Below, one piece after another: positions 20,240-31,411 of a stretch of DNA of 64,000 bases (position 1 is its first letter; each line of letters opens with the position of its first letter). Source of the stretch: an uncultured Candidatus Binatia bacterium (lineage in GTDB: Bacteria > Desulfobacterota > Binatia > UBA9968 > CAXXLF01); contig OZ244621.1 of assembly GCA_965218425.1 (NCBI GenBank), forward strand, positions 2,848,001-2,912,000. Reading direction: 5' to 3'. A program made the position numbers and the translations under genes. The notes beneath the pieces were generated by a model. It was not told the origin of the DNA. It did not search any database and saw nothing but the letters and a program-made list of their open reading frames with translations.

Positions 20240-21478
20240 ATGAGTTTAACCTTTGCCGGATTGATCAGACCCTTTCTCTTTAGCCTGATCCTGCTTGCGC
20301 CCGCTTCGGCTCAGGCGGAAGAATTGGTGGTTGGCATGTCCGCCGCCTTCACGGGGACGTCCCGTGGCCTCGGCATTGAACTGTACAGGGGTTCGATGGC
20401 CTACCTGGAAACCGTCAACCAGGAGGGGGGGATTCACGGCAAGAAGATTGCCATCCGCGCCTATGACGATGGTTACAACCCCACTCCGGCCATTCGAAAT
20501 ACCATCAAACTCGTTGACGAGGACAATGTATTTCTGCTGGTGAATTACGTCGGAACGCCAACGGTGACCCGGGTGTTGCCGCTACTCAAGAATTACAGCA
20601 AGAATCACGTCTTTCTGTTTTTCCCCTTTACAGGGGCAGAGCCGCAGCGTCAACCTCCCTACTCGGAATTTGTCTTTAACCTTCGCGCTTCTTATCGAAA
20701 CGAGACCGAAGGACTGGTCAATCACTTCGTCAAGGTAGGGAGAAAAAAGATCGCAGTGTTTTACCAGGCCGATGCTTACGGGAGAAGCGGTTGGGAAGGT
20801 GTCAAAAACGCCCTTGCGCGCTATGGATTGAAAATCAATGGCGAGGCCACTTATCGTAGGGGCACACAATTCTCTGCGAGTCTGAAACGCCAGATGGAGA
20901 TTCTCAAGGCGGCAGGCCCCGACGCAATCGTTTCCATCGGCTCCTACGCCGCCTGTGCAGCACTGATAAGAGACGCCAGAGATTCCGGCTGGAAGGTTCC
21001 CATCGCCAACGTTTCATTCGTAGGTAGTGAGTCCTTGGCAGACCTCCTCTTACGAAGCGGCAAAGCCAAGGGTACCGATTACACGGGGAACCTCATCAAT
21101 TCCCAGGTGGTCCCTTCTTATGAGGACACGTCACTGCAAGCGGTCAAGGAATATCGGCAGCGGATGGATCGGTATGGCGCCAAGGTACCCGGTCCCTGGG
21201 CCGCCGGCGGGTATCAACCGTTAAGGTACAGCTTTGTGAGCCTCGAAGGCTATTTGAACGCGAAGCTGTTGGTTCATATATTGAGCGACATGGGTCCCAA
21301 TCCGACCAGGGACCGTATCAAGGAGACCGTGGAGAGCGTCCGCCGTTCGGACCTCGGGACGGGAAACCTCATATCGTTCGGACCGGACAAGCACCAGGGA
21401 TCGGACCGGGTTTACTATACCACCCTGAAGAAGAACGAATTCGTTCCCGTGGCGAGCTGGGAACAATGGAAAAAATGA
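20240..21478 (+). CDS. periplasmic ligand-binding protein (branched-chain amino acid / PBP1 type)
   Basis: Signal peptide, GGIHGKKI...YDDGYNP, VGTPT, FNLRASY, SLEGYLNAK. Confidence 0.88.
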   Translation: MSLTFAGLIRPFLFSLILLAPASAQAEELVVGMSAAFTGTSRGLGIELYRGSMAYLETVNQEGGIHGKKIAIRAYDDGYNPTPAIRNTIKLVDEDNVFLLVNYVGTPTVTRVLPLLKNYSKNHVFLFFPFTGAEPQRQPPYSEFVFNLRASYRNETEGLVNHFVKVGRKKIAVFYQADAYGRSGWEGVKNALARYGLKINGEATYRRGTQFSASLKRQMEILKAAGPDAIVSIGSYAACAALIRDARDSGWKVPIANVSFVGSESLADLLLRSGKAKGTDYTGNLINSQVVPSYEDTSLQAVKEYRQRMDRYGAKVPGPWAAGGYQPLRYSFVSLEGYLNAKLLVHILSDMGPNPTRDRIKETVESVRRSDLGTGNLISFGPDKHQGSDRVYYTTLKKNEFVPVASWEQWKK

Positions 21479-23430
21479 GGACCTCAAGGCTATTTACGAA
21501 AACGCTGATTTTGATCGTGATACTATTCGGCGTCATCGCAACCGCCACGTCGGTGCTGTCAGGTTGGACTCTCTACCAAAGCTTAACCACGGAATATCAG
21601 AGCAAGGGTATCGCCATTGCAAAGAGCGTCGCCGATTCGAGCGCAGAAATTCTTTTGAACCGGGACCTGTCCACAGTGCAGGCCATTATCGACCAGTTTA
21701 GCGAAATCGGCGGGGTTGCCTATGTATTCGTCTCCGACGGCCAGGGGGAAATCGTTTCCCACACCTTCGTGCCTGCCGTGCCCAATGAGGTGCTTCCTCT
21801 CATCGAGCAATCCAGGGCGAGTCCATCCACTGGAGAAATGGTAACCACCAAGCTTCAAGTTGAAGGCCTAGGGGACTTCATCCATATTTATGCGCCTATC
21901 ATGGCCGGGGTGGCAGGCTTCGTGCACGTGGGCATGGACCAGAGCTTTATTCGCGCGCAGATCTGGTCCACAGTCGTTAAGCAACAGGGGCTCATGTTTG
22001 CGATCTTTATCCTGAGCATCGTGGCGGCCTACATCCTCGTTAATCGCATTTCAAGACCATTGAACCAGCTGGCGGATTACACTCATTCCCTGGCCTCACA
22101 CGACTTTTCCGCCGGGGTGAATATCCCCGAAGAAATCGAAGCCCTACCGCAAAGGTCCAAAGATGAAATCGGTAAGCTGGCGGAGTCATTTATCGACATG
22201 GAGCGAACCCTGCAGCGCTACCTCAAGGACCTGGAGGAAACCACGGCCTCCAAAGAGAGGATCGAGAGCGAACTGAAGATCGCCCACGACATTCAGATGA
22301 GCATGGTGCCCAAGACATTTCCCCCTTTTCCCAACCGGCGGGAATTTGATATCTATGCAACCCTTGTGCCGGCTCGAGAGGTGGGAGGGGACTTGTATGA
22401 TTTTTTCTTTATCAATGACCACCAGCTCTGTTTCGCCATCGGGGATGTCTCCGGCAAGGGGGTGCCTGCGTCTCTTTTTATGGCGCTCACCAAAACCCTG
22501 TTCCGGGCCACGGGGGGGCGTCGGAATGCCACTGCGGAAACCATCCTAACCCGGCTTAACGCAGAAATTTGCCGTGATAATGAGTCCTGTATGTTCGTAA
22601 CGGCTTTTTGCGGGATCCTGGATGTACGAACGGGGCAGGTGGATTACAGTAACGCAGGCCACAATCTACCCTACGTTTTATCCAATGGGGTCGTCACGGC
22701 GCTGCCCAAGACGGGGGGCATAGCCCTGGGTGTGACCGATTTGGTAAGCTATCAGGCGGGGAAGCTCGTGCTCAAATCTGGAGATCGGCTCATTCTATAT
22801 ACGGATGGTGTAACGGAAGCGATGGATAAAGACGATCAACTTTTTTCCGAGAGTCGCCTGGAAACGACCCTGCGGGGCTTGAATAGGCAAAGCATCAGGG
22901 GAGTCATTGAAAGAGTGGTCGGTGAGGTCCAACTCTTTTCCACCGGCGCACCCCAATCGGATGACATCACGCTTTTGGCGCTTGGATACAATGGGCCTCA
23001 TGAGACTCAGAAGCCAACTCTATCGGTTCAGTTGGAAAACGACCTTGCGGAACTCCAGCGCTTGAACCGACTCCTGGAAGAGTTTGCGGAGCATCACGGA
23101 GTCCCTTCGGAGATGGTGTTTCGAATAACCCTGGTATTGGAGGAAATCATCACCAATGCGATCTCCTACGGTTTCGAAGACAAGTTGCAGCACGAGATCG
23201 CGGTGAGGCTCACATGGGCGGAGCCTGAAATGACCATCGAGGTGGAGGACGACGGCCGCCCTTTCAATCCCCTGGAGGCTCCCCCTCCGGACATGGAAAA
23301 ACCGTTGACAGAAAGAAAGATAGGCGGACTGGGTATCCACCTGGTGCGGGAAATGATGGATGAGCTCGAATATCGGCGTGAAAATGGCAAGAATGTTTTT
23401 ATCCTCAAGACGAAAATTCGGGCGACTTAA
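21475..23430 (+). CDS. membrane HAMP / SpoIIE (PP2C) phosphatase fused to an RsbW-like anti-sigma kinase domain
   Basis: Two TM segments, HAMP, VGGDLYD, GDVSGKG, YTDGVTE, SDDIT, then EEIITNAISYG, DDGRPFNP, GGLGIHLV. Confidence 0.9.
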   Translation: MRTSRLFTKTLILIVILFGVIATATSVLSGWTLYQSLTTEYQSKGIAIAKSVADSSAEILLNRDLSTVQAIIDQFSEIGGVAYVFVSDGQGEIVSHTFVPAVPNEVLPLIEQSRASPSTGEMVTTKLQVEGLGDFIHIYAPIMAGVAGFVHVGMDQSFIRAQIWSTVVKQQGLMFAIFILSIVAAYILVNRISRPLNQLADYTHSLASHDFSAGVNIPEEIEALPQRSKDEIGKLAESFIDMERTLQRYLKDLEETTASKERIESELKIAHDIQMSMVPKTFPPFPNRREFDIYATLVPAREVGGDLYDFFFINDHQLCFAIGDVSGKGVPASLFMALTKTLFRATGGRRNATAETILTRLNAEICRDNESCMFVTAFCGILDVRTGQVDYSNAGHNLPYVLSNGVVTALPKTGGIALGVTDLVSYQAGKLVLKSGDRLILYTDGVTEAMDKDDQLFSESRLETTLRGLNRQSIRGVIERVVGEVQLFSTGAPQSDDITLLALGYNGPHETQKPTLSVQLENDLAELQRLNRLLEEFAEHHGVPSEMVFRITLVLEEIITNAISYGFEDKLQHEIAVRLTWAEPEMTIEVEDDGRPFNPLEAPPPDMEKPLTERKIGGLGIHLVREMMDELEYRRENGKNVFILKTKIRAT

Positions 23431-23433
23431 ACT

Positions 23434-23567
23434 ATGGAAATCGCGGAAGAGCGATGAGCCAATATTATAATTGTCCACGTAATTGGAAAACTCGATGCTT
23501 CCGCATCTAAGGATCTGGAGGCAAAGGTCATGTCCCTAATAGCCGCAAACCACGAAAAACTGGTCTC
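23434..23567 (+). pseudogene. STAS anti-sigma factor antagonist (RsbV-like) remnant
   Basis: MEIAEER*ANIIIVHVIGKLDASASKDLEAKVMSLIAANHEKLV: TGA at codon 8, and homology is lost before the phospho-Ser motif. Confidence 0.7.
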
Positions 23568-23754
23568 AAAAGGGGCACTTAGCTGTCGGCGTGATTTACG
23601 ATGAAGATAGTAACGGTGAATTGAATAAGAGCTTCTCGGGAATTCCCACCGAGCCATTCGGTGCGTCGAACAATACAAAGGATAGGTTCGGGCCACCCAA
23701 ATTTAAAAAGGCCTATGGCCGAGGCGAAGGATTGACCTAAACGTAAGAGAGTGA

Positions 23755-24489
23755 TTGGCGAAAAGGGGCCGGAAGAGGACGGTGGATCCATTCAGCGATA
23801 AGGGAATCGACTGGAAAGCATTTCAATCCCAGCTCGACGAACGCGGGTTTGCGGTCATGCCCGGTGTTCTCACCGCAAAGACCTGCGAGGAAATAACCGC
23901 CTTATATTCTCATGACCAACTGTTCCGTGCTCGGATAGAAATGTCCCGCTATTCCTTTGGCCAGGGGGAGTATAAGTACTTCAAGTATCCACTGCCACTT
24001 TTAATACAACAGATTCGGGAGGCCCTTTATCCTCATCTCGCGCCGCTTGCGAATGAATGGCTCGGTCGGTTGGGAAATGATGGGCCTCGGTTTCCTGACA
24101 AGCTTTCGGACTTCATCCAATTTTGTCATGGTGCAGGCCAGGCGCGTCCCACCCCGTTGATCCTGAAGTATGGCTCCGGTGATTACAATCGTCTGCATCA
24201 AGACCTGTACGGGGAAATTGTCTTCCCCTTCCAGGCGACCATTTTCCTGAGTCAGCGGGGAAAGGACTTCGATGGCGGCGAATTCGTGCTTGCCGAACAG
24301 CGGCCGCGACAACAATCCCGCGTTGAAGTGCTCTGTGTGAATCAAGGTGACGGGGTGATCTTTGGCGTCCATCATCGACCGGTTAGAGGGACACGCGGTT
24401 ATTATCGCGCAACCCTCCGGCATGGCGTTAGCACGGTTCACTCGGGTGACCGCTACACGTTGGGAATCATATTCCACGATGCGAGGTAG
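23755..24489 (+). CDS. 2OG-Fe(II) oxygenase (DUF2086 / prolyl-hydroxylase-like)
   Basis: GQGEYKYF, RPTPL, LHQDLYG (HxD), EQRPRQQSR, RHGVS, RYTLGIIFHDA. Start uncertain. Confidence 0.85.
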   Translation: MAKRGRKRTVDPFSDKGIDWKAFQSQLDERGFAVMPGVLTAKTCEEITALYSHDQLFRARIEMSRYSFGQGEYKYFKYPLPLLIQQIREALYPHLAPLANEWLGRLGNDGPRFPDKLSDFIQFCHGAGQARPTPLILKYGSGDYNRLHQDLYGEIVFPFQATIFLSQRGKDFDGGEFVLAEQRPRQQSRVEVLCVNQGDGVIFGVHHRPVRGTRGYYRATLRHGVSTVHSGDRYTLGIIFHDAR

Positions 24490-24767
24490 GTGAGTTGTGT
24501 TACGAGCCGGAATCAAACAATGTGCCGGCGCCCGTCGGTGGAAACAACGGCGGAGCTCTCCAATCCAACAAAGACTGTCAATTGCCTAACCCCATCTGCC
24601 CTACCTGCCGGAGAGCCGCAATATTGGAAACCATTCTTATTGCGTCGTGGGGACCGTCTACGGGGTGATCATTGGATTTTTCTTGGCCATTATTGCCAGC
24701 AAATACTTGAGCCCGCACCTCCACGACTTCTGATGATTGCATCGCAGGACCGCGGCTAATTTTCACT

Positions 24768-26993
24768 TTACAATTCGAGGCGGCGCAGGCGCAGGGCGTT
24801 GCTGATAACCGATATGGAGCTCAAGGTCATGGTAGCGCTGGCAATGATGGGGCTGAGCACCAGACCGAAGACGGGGTAGAGAACTCCGGCGGCGATAGGG
24901 ATTCCCAGGGTGTTGTAGATGAACGCAAAGAAGAGATTTTGCCGGATGTTGCGCATGGTGCCGCGACTTAGCCGGCGGGCGCGCACCAACCCCCTAAGGT
25001 CACCTTTTAGTAGAGTCATGCCGGCGCTCTCTATGGCCACGTCAGTACCGGTTCCCATGGCAACTCCCACCTGGGCTTGCGCAAGGGCGGGTGCGTCGTT
25101 AACGCCGTCACCAGCCATGGCCACAATATGGCCTTCAGCCTGAGAGCGCTTTACGATTTCACTTTTTTGGTCCGGTAGTACCTCGGCCTCCACATGGTCA
25201 ATACCGATTTTACGCGCCACGGCCTGGGCGGTGGTACGGCTGTCCCCTGTGAGCATTACGATTCGTACCCCTTCGTCGTGAAGCGAACGGATAGCTTCGA
25301 GGGAAGTCGATTTAATGGGATCTGCGACCCCAAGGAGGCCCATGACCTTTCCATCCGCCGCAAGAAACATCACGGTCTGTCCATCCTCGCGTAAGGACTC
25401 GGCCTCGCCTGATAAGTCTCCGGCGGCGATCTTTAACTCGTCGAGTAATGCCTGGTTACCCAGCGCCACCGAGCGCCCCTCAACGGTGGCCACGATTCCT
25501 TTGCCCGTAACCGAGCGAAAATCCCGCACCTCGGCGAGATTCAAGTCTTTTTCCTTGCTCGCTTGCAGTATGGCAGCCGCCAACGGGTGTTCGCTCCCCC
25601 TCTCGAGGCTTGCGGCCAAGCGCAAAAGCTCCTGCTCCGTCTGCCCGGGTATCGTCTTCAGAGAAACGAGGGCGGGCTTTCCTTCGGTTATGGTGCCCGT
25701 CTTATCCACCACCAGAGTGTCAACCTTCTCAAAGGTCTCGAGGGCTTCGGCGTTTTTGATCAACACGCCGGCCGTGGCGCCGCGCCCGCTCCCCACCATA
25801 ATCGCCATGGGAGTAGCTAGGCCGAGTGCGCAGGGGCACGCGATGATGAGCACCGCAACGCTACTCAGCAATGCGTGGGCCATGCGGGGTTGCGGACCCA
25901 TCAGGCCCCAGACCACGAGAGTCACAAACGCCACGAGTATCACCGTAGGGACGAAATACGAGGCCACCACATCCGCAAGCCGCTGAATGGGAGCCCGGCT
26001 GCGTTGCGCTTCGCTCACCATGCGAACAATCTGGGCCAGCAAAGTGTCACTGCCTACGCGCTCGGCTTTCATGACGATGCCGCCGGTGCCGTTTACCGTG
26101 CCTCCCGTAACCTGGTTCCCTGGAGTCTTTTCGATCGGAATGGGCTCGCCGGTAACCATGGACTCGTCGATGGAAGTCGCCCCTGACAATACCACGCCGT
26201 CCACTGGAATCTTTTCTCCCGGGCGGACACGCAGCCGGTCTCCCGGGTGGACACGATCCAAAGGTAGGTCTTCTTCACCTCCGTCGTCGCACACCACCCT
26301 CGCCGTATTTGGCGCGAGTCCCAACAGGGCCTTGATGGCGCTATTGGTCCGGCTCCGTGCATGTAGCTCGAGCACTTGTCCAAGGAGTACGAGAGTCGTA
26401 ATGGTGGCGGCGGCTTCGTAGTAAATGGGTACCACGCCTTCATGGCTCCTAAAGGTTTGCGGGAACAGGTCCGGGAAAAGAGTGGCGAAAACGCTGTATA
26501 CGTATGCCGTGCCAACGCCCATGGCTATGAGCGTGAACATGTTGAAGCTACGATTCAGCAGGGAGGTCCATGCGCGCTGGAAGAAGGGCCACCCGCACCA
26601 GAGTACGACCGGGGTGCTCAGCAGAAACTGAACCCACGTTGAATGCGCGACCGAAATGAGCCCCTGCACAGGTTGCCCTGGAATCATCTCGGACATGGCA
26701 AGAAACAATACAGGTATGGTCAGGATAAGGCCGATCCAGAACCGCCGGGACATGTCCGCCAGTTCGGGATTGGTCTCTCCCTCCGCCGTCGCAACACGCG
26801 GCTCGAGAGCCATCCCGCAAGCCGGGCAGGGGCCGGGCTCGAATTCCAAGACCTCCGGATCCATGGGGCAGATGTAATTCGTCCTAGCCGCGGGGATGGC
26901 GTCGGGGGATTGCTCGAGGGCCATGCCGCACTTTGGACAGGGTCCTGGCTTTGACCGCTGTACCTCGGGATCCATGGGACAAGTGTAGTTCAT
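24768..26993 (-). CDS. copA: copper-translocating P1B-type ATPase
   Basis: Two YxCPMDPE...CPxCGMALE metal-binding repeats, [28 protein letters not shown]. Confidence 0.93.
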   Translation of the reverse strand: MNYTCPMDPEVQRSKPGPCPKCGMALEQSPDAIPAARTNYICPMDPEVLEFEPGPCPACGMALEPRVATAEGETNPELADMSRRFWIGLILTIPVLFLAMSEMIPGQPVQGLISVAHSTWVQFLLSTPVVLWCGWPFFQRAWTSLLNRSFNMFTLIAMGVGTAYVYSVFATLFPDLFPQTFRSHEGVVPIYYEAAATITTLVLLGQVLELHARSRTNSAIKALLGLAPNTARVVCDDGGEEDLPLDRVHPGDRLRVRPGEKIPVDGVVLSGATSIDESMVTGEPIPIEKTPGNQVTGGTVNGTGGIVMKAERVGSDTLLAQIVRMVSEAQRSRAPIQRLADVVASYFVPTVILVAFVTLVVWGLMGPQPRMAHALLSSVAVLIIACPCALGLATPMAIMVGSGRGATAGVLIKNAEALETFEKVDTLVVDKTGTITEGKPALVSLKTIPGQTEQELLRLAASLERGSEHPLAAAILQASKEKDLNLAEVRDFRSVTGKGIVATVEGRSVALGNQALLDELKIAAGDLSGEAESLREDGQTVMFLAADGKVMGLLGVADPIKSTSLEAIRSLHDEGVRIVMLTGDSRTTAQAVARKIGIDHVEAEVLPDQKSEIVKRSQAEGHIVAMAGDGVNDAPALAQAQVGVAMGTGTDVAIESAGMTLLKGDLRGLVRARRLSRGTMRNIRQNLFFAFIYNTLGIPIAAGVLYPVFGLVLSPIIASATMTLSSISVISNALRLRRLEL

Positions 26994-27382
26994 GCTTTTG
27001 TCTGTGCGAGTGACGTTCTAGAGGCGATTCATGGGGTTTGCCTACGAAACCCAAAACCGACAAAAATGTGAATGTATCAGCGCCGTCAACAATCGAGAGC
27101 CTGCGATCTTACATGCCGTGCTCATGGAACTTGTCATGACGGTTATCATGAATCACAAAACACGTCTACCTGTGCACGGCACCCGGAGCCGCCCATCTCT
27201 GATTTCCATCAGTGCCCACACAGCAGACTCAATTACCGCCCAATAGTCAATCTGTCGAGAATAAACTCTGTCCTCTCAAGGCGAGCCAATTGGTCGGGTA
27301 TGGAGACAAGACGTCAATGTGCCGGGGCCATTTCTTGAGACGGGGCTCCGCCGCATTTTAGTTGGACCGTACTCCGGGATAC

Positions 27383-27415
27383 TTGACAAGCACTTGGAAC
27401 GGCGGGAGAATCACC
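27383..27415 (+). promoter_or_regulatory. sigma70-like promoter, copy 1 (TTGACA-17-GAGAAT)
   Basis: TTGACAAGCACTTGGAACGGCGGGAGAATCACC, near-identical to 31278-31310, upstream of the CoA-transferase gene. Confidence 0.6.
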
Positions 27416-27527
27416 GCTGTTTCGTGAAAGTTTCAAACCGTGGAGTAAAAATAAACTGGCGAAAGACGAAGAACAGAGATGATTTCCACTTCCCCGGATG
27501 AAATGTTGTGAGTCTTTTGGGGCTACA

Positions 27528-28733
27528 ATGACTCAGGCTCTACCCACCGCACTTGAGGGTACGGTTGTAGTCGAAGTCAGCGGTCATGTGGCTGGCCCTT
27601 TTGCAGGTAGTCTCCTTGGCGACCTTGGGTGCGAGGTTATTAAGGTGGAGCTACCGGGAGGGGGTGACACCCACCGCGGCCGTAATCCGAAGTACGAAGG
27701 TTATGGACCAAGCTTCAGGGCGTTAAACAGGAACAAAAAAAGTATCACCCTCAACTTGCAGGATCCGGAAGGCAAGAAAGTACTGCTTCGGCTACTGGAA
27801 AAGTCCGATGTTTTGCTCGAAAACTTTCGCCCGCAGACGCGAAAGCGTCTCGGTCTCGAATACGAAGAGCTCAAGCAACTCAATCCGAAACTCATTCATT
27901 GCTCTATCTCCGGCTATGGTCAAAGCGGACCCTATCGGGACAAACCCGGCTTTGATACCATCGGCCAGGCGTTAAGTGGGATGCTTGGCCTGGTCACGGA
28001 TTTAAACAATCCAAAAGTTGTAGGAGTTTCCATCGCTGATCACACCTCCGGGGTTTTTGCCGCTTACGGAGTCATGGCGGCCCTTCTTGCTCGCCACAGC
28101 ACAGGCCGGGGACAGTTCGTGGACACATCTCTGCTACAGGTGAGCCTGGCATTTATCGAGTCCCATATTGTCGACTACCTAAATGGCGGGGAGGCTGTCT
28201 CCCGAGATAACTTCCCAAGGGGTCGCATTTACTGCTTCATCGCTAGCGATGAGCTGCCCTTAGTGATCCACCTTTCCGGGCACCAGGAGTCATGGGAGGG
28301 AATGGTTAAGGCAGTGGGACGCACCGATTTACTCAAGGAGCCGAAGTTTGCTACTCGTAGAGACCGATGGGAGCACCACCACGAGATCGTTGAATGTCTG
28401 GGAGATGAATTTCGTAAGAGACCTCGTTCCTACTGGCTGGAGGCACTGGAAAAGAATGGCGTAGCCATTGGCCCCGTTTACGCTCCTGATGAAGTCTTCC
28501 AGGACCCCCAGGTCCAACACATGGGGGTGCCTAAGATGATGGATCACCCCACCATGGGGTCCACTCGTCTCATCGGCAGCGCCGTGAACCTCTCCGACAC
28601 CCCACCGCAGTTTATTCGGCCTGCACCCCTATTGGGGGAACATACCGACGAGATACTATCCCGGTTTGGCTATGACGTGGAGGCCATTGAGGGGCTTCGC
28701 GCACGTGGAGTGATATCGAAAAACGAAAAATAG
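27528..28733 (+). CDS. family III CoA-transferase (CaiB/BaiF)
   Basis: AGPFA, NRNKKSI, ENFRP, ISGYGQSGP, SIADH, APLLGEHT. Confidence 0.92.
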   Translation: MTQALPTALEGTVVVEVSGHVAGPFAGSLLGDLGCEVIKVELPGGGDTHRGRNPKYEGYGPSFRALNRNKKSITLNLQDPEGKKVLLRLLEKSDVLLENFRPQTRKRLGLEYEELKQLNPKLIHCSISGYGQSGPYRDKPGFDTIGQALSGMLGLVTDLNNPKVVGVSIADHTSGVFAAYGVMAALLARHSTGRGQFVDTSLLQVSLAFIESHIVDYLNGGEAVSRDNFPRGRIYCFIASDELPLVIHLSGHQESWEGMVKAVGRTDLLKEPKFATRRDRWEHHHEIVECLGDEFRKRPRSYWLEALEKNGVAIGPVYAPDEVFQDPQVQHMGVPKMMDHPTMGSTRLIGSAVNLSDTPPQFIRPAPLLGEHTDEILSRFGYDVEAIEGLRARGVISKNEK

Positions 28734-28787
28734 CGCCAATTTGGTGAGCCAGAGGGGAAGACAAGGAAAACTTAAGGGGGATTACTT

Positions 28788-30002
28788 ATGGACTTTAGCG
28801 TTCAGGCAGATCCGCCTGAGGTCGGCGCGTTTCGGAAGGAAGTCCGCGATTGGCTTCAGGAGAATTTGAAAGGTTCCGAGCACCTGAGGTGGTCGGCGTC
28901 TTGGTCCACACGGGAAAACGTGGAAGAGTACCGGTTGCGGCGTACGCTGGCGGGCAAGCTGGGGAAAAAAGGGTGGCTGTTCCCGATGTTTCCGGTCGAA
29001 TACGGGGGCGCGGCGCTTACAATCAACCACCAGCTGGTGCTGGAGACGGAGTTAGCGAAGTATGGACTCAACCTCAACCATATCTTTTACACCCTAGCTC
29101 GCATTGTTGCGCCGGTCATCCTCAAGTGGGGCAGCGAAGGGCAAAAGCGAGAGTTCTTGCCTCCCATCGTTCAGGGGGAGGTCGCCGTGTGGCAGGTGCT
29201 AACCGAGCCCCAAGGGGGGAGCGACGTGGCGAACTGTCGGACCAAGGCCATTCGGGACGGGGACCACTACGTGGTCAACGGGCAAAAGGTCATGGTTGGC
29301 CATCACCTTCCACCGGATTATCTTTGGGCGCTGGTCTGTACGGACCCCTCTCGTCCTCGGCACGAGAATCTGGGCTGGCTTCATATCCCGGCAAACCTGC
29401 CAGGGATTACCATCCAGCGCATGCACTTGATGATGGGGATCAAGAATTCGGTCTTTTTCGACAACGTGCGCGTGCCGGCAAAATTTTTGGTAGGAGGCGA
29501 GAACAACGGCTGGAAGGTGGCCAACACTCACCTGGAGCTGGAACACGGCGGCGAGGGGAGGGTCGGAACGGACCCCTTGGTGGAGCGGGTGGTGGAGTAC
29601 TGCCGGAGGATGAAAGTCGGCGGGAAGCCTCTGATAGAAGACGAAAAGGTAAGGGACCTCATTGCCGACATGACCATTGAGCTTCACACGGCGAGCCTAT
29701 TCGCCCGGCGAAATTTCTGGCATCGCTTCGTCAGAAAGCCGCACGCTTACGGGGGAGCCCAGTTCCGGTACTACCAGCGCATGGCCCGGCTTAGAAACGG
29801 AGAGCGTTTGCAGCAGATCATGGGTTACGACGCCCTGGTTCCGGATCACGCCGTGCATGAGGTGGTGGACTTTGAGTACGTGGTGCGTAGCGGGCCTGGC
29901 CAACTCCACGGCGGGGGAACGTTGGACACTGATCGGCTGATCTTTGCACGCCGGGTCGGATTGGGCCGCCCTTCCCAGGAAAAGGCACCTGAGACCATTT
30001 AA
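28788..30002 (+). CDS. acyl-CoA dehydrogenase family protein
   Basis: LTEPQGGSDVA, VNGQK, FFDNVRVP, GWKVA, GGGT. Confidence 0.9.
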   Translation: MDFSVQADPPEVGAFRKEVRDWLQENLKGSEHLRWSASWSTRENVEEYRLRRTLAGKLGKKGWLFPMFPVEYGGAALTINHQLVLETELAKYGLNLNHIFYTLARIVAPVILKWGSEGQKREFLPPIVQGEVAVWQVLTEPQGGSDVANCRTKAIRDGDHYVVNGQKVMVGHHLPPDYLWALVCTDPSRPRHENLGWLHIPANLPGITIQRMHLMMGIKNSVFFDNVRVPAKFLVGGENNGWKVANTHLELEHGGEGRVGTDPLVERVVEYCRRMKVGGKPLIEDEKVRDLIADMTIELHTASLFARRNFWHRFVRKPHAYGGAQFRYYQRMARLRNGERLQQIMGYDALVPDHAVHEVVDFEYVVRSGPGQLHGGGTLDTDRLIFARRVGLGRPSQEKAPETI

Positions 30003-30017
30003 TGGAGAGAGTGGATT

Positions 30018-31142
30018 ATGGATTTAGGACTGACTGAAGAACAAAGCATGTTTAAGAAAGTGGCGGCCGACTTTGTGAAAAGCGAGGCGCCGCCTCATGT
30101 GAACACCACATGGTTTCGTAAAAAAGAGACATTCCAGTCTGCTCTCTATCGCAAGGCAGGCGAGCTAGGATGGTTAGGCATGATGATTCCGGAAGGGTTC
30201 GGCGGGGCAGGCGCATCCTTCACTGACTGCGGAATCGTGTTCGAAGAGCTGGGCCGGGCGCCCCTTCCGGGTCCGTTCTTTTCCTCCGGCGTTCTGAGTG
30301 CGCAGTTAGTTATGGAAGGCGGTTCCGAGGCGCAGAAGCGATCTTTGCTTCCAGACATCTGCAGCGCGAAATCCATCGTCATCCCAGCAATCACGGATAC
30401 GGGAGTCCATTGGGGTCCCGAGGCGGTTGAGGTTCGGCTGACCCAAAACGGTGGGGACTTCATATTGGAGGGTACCAAGAGATTTGTGTACGACGCGCAA
30501 GCGGCCACGAGCTTCATTTGCGCGGCGCGGACAGAAAATGGCGGAGTTGCTCTTGTGGTGGTGGATCAATCTGCCCCTGGAATCACCATCACGCCTCGCG
30601 TTGGATTTATGGTATCGGTTGCGGAGGTGCGTTTTGAAAAGGTAGAGACCCCGGCGTCGAATGTCCTGACGGCAGGTGAAGGTTGGCAAGTGCTTGATAA
30701 TGCTTTGGAGAAAGCGATTCCGATTCTATGCGCTTACCAGGTGGGGGCATGCCAAGAGGTTTTTGACCTCACCGTCGAATACACAAAGAACCGTATCGCG
30801 TTTGGTCAACCCATTGGCCGGTTCCAGCGTGTGCAGGACCACTGTGTGGATTTGGCTAATCACCTCGATGCCGCTCGCTGGGTAACCTACGAAACCCTTT
30901 GGAAGCAAGATACGGGTCAGTCGGCCAGGGCTAGCGTGCACGAGGCCAAAGCCGTAGCGAGTTTGGGTTACTATGAGGCGTGTAACTATGCGCACATGGT
31001 CTTCGCTGGACCCGGCACAGACTACCAGCATCCCCTCATGGCCCATAGCGTCATGGCTCACACTCTTTACCAGTACCTGGGGACCCCTCAACACCACAAG
31101 CGCCGAATGATGGATACTCTGTACCCAAGATCAAGCAGGTAA
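30018..31142 (+). CDS. acyl-CoA dehydrogenase family protein (likely partner subunit)
   Basis: LGWLGM...GGAG, EELGR, GTKRFV, RIAFGQPIGRFQ. Confidence 0.88.
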   Translation: MDLGLTEEQSMFKKVAADFVKSEAPPHVNTTWFRKKETFQSALYRKAGELGWLGMMIPEGFGGAGASFTDCGIVFEELGRAPLPGPFFSSGVLSAQLVMEGGSEAQKRSLLPDICSAKSIVIPAITDTGVHWGPEAVEVRLTQNGGDFILEGTKRFVYDAQAATSFICAARTENGGVALVVVDQSAPGITITPRVGFMVSVAEVRFEKVETPASNVLTAGEGWQVLDNALEKAIPILCAYQVGACQEVFDLTVEYTKNRIAFGQPIGRFQRVQDHCVDLANHLDAARWVTYETLWKQDTGQSARASVHEAKAVASLGYYEACNYAHMVFAGPGTDYQHPLMAHSVMAHTLYQYLGTPQHHKRRMMDTLYPRSSR

Positions 31143-31277
31143 GACTATCTTCGCCGTGGGAGCGAGCATAGCCCTTTTCTCCTGGAGGGCAGACGCTCCG
31201 ATTGGCGCGTCCCAACGGCATGGGATTAGCACAATACATTAGTCCAATTTTGTTAGTTGAGTGGAGCTTTGAAAAGC

Positions 31278-31310
31278 TTGACATGCACTCGGAACGGCGG
31301 GAGAATCACC
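31278..31310 (+). promoter_or_regulatory. sigma70-like promoter, copy 2 (TTGACA-17-GAGAAT)
   Basis: TTGACATGCACTCGGAACGGCGGGAGAATCACC, 2 mismatches to copy 1, upstream of the VOC gene. Confidence 0.6.
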
Positions 31311-31411
31311 CCTAATTTGTGGGTTTGCCCGGTGTACAACGCCGAACCGAGTGCCAGCGAGTGATGTAGCCACAAGCTAAGAGAGCCAGCGCTCAAAAAG
31401 GAGGAAAGGAT

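Noticed and set aside
19908..20243. Short ORFs between the response regulator and the binding protein
   Set aside because: No recognisable family or RBS; at most a decayed fragment.
27031..27338. His/Cys-containing short ORFs upstream of copA as a metal chaperone or regulator
   Set aside because: No CxxC/HMA or CsoR motif and no clear RBS.
31311..31400. Possible riboswitch in the VOC gene leader
   Set aside because: Only short stems, and no known riboswitch consensus recognised; an Rfam scan would be needed.
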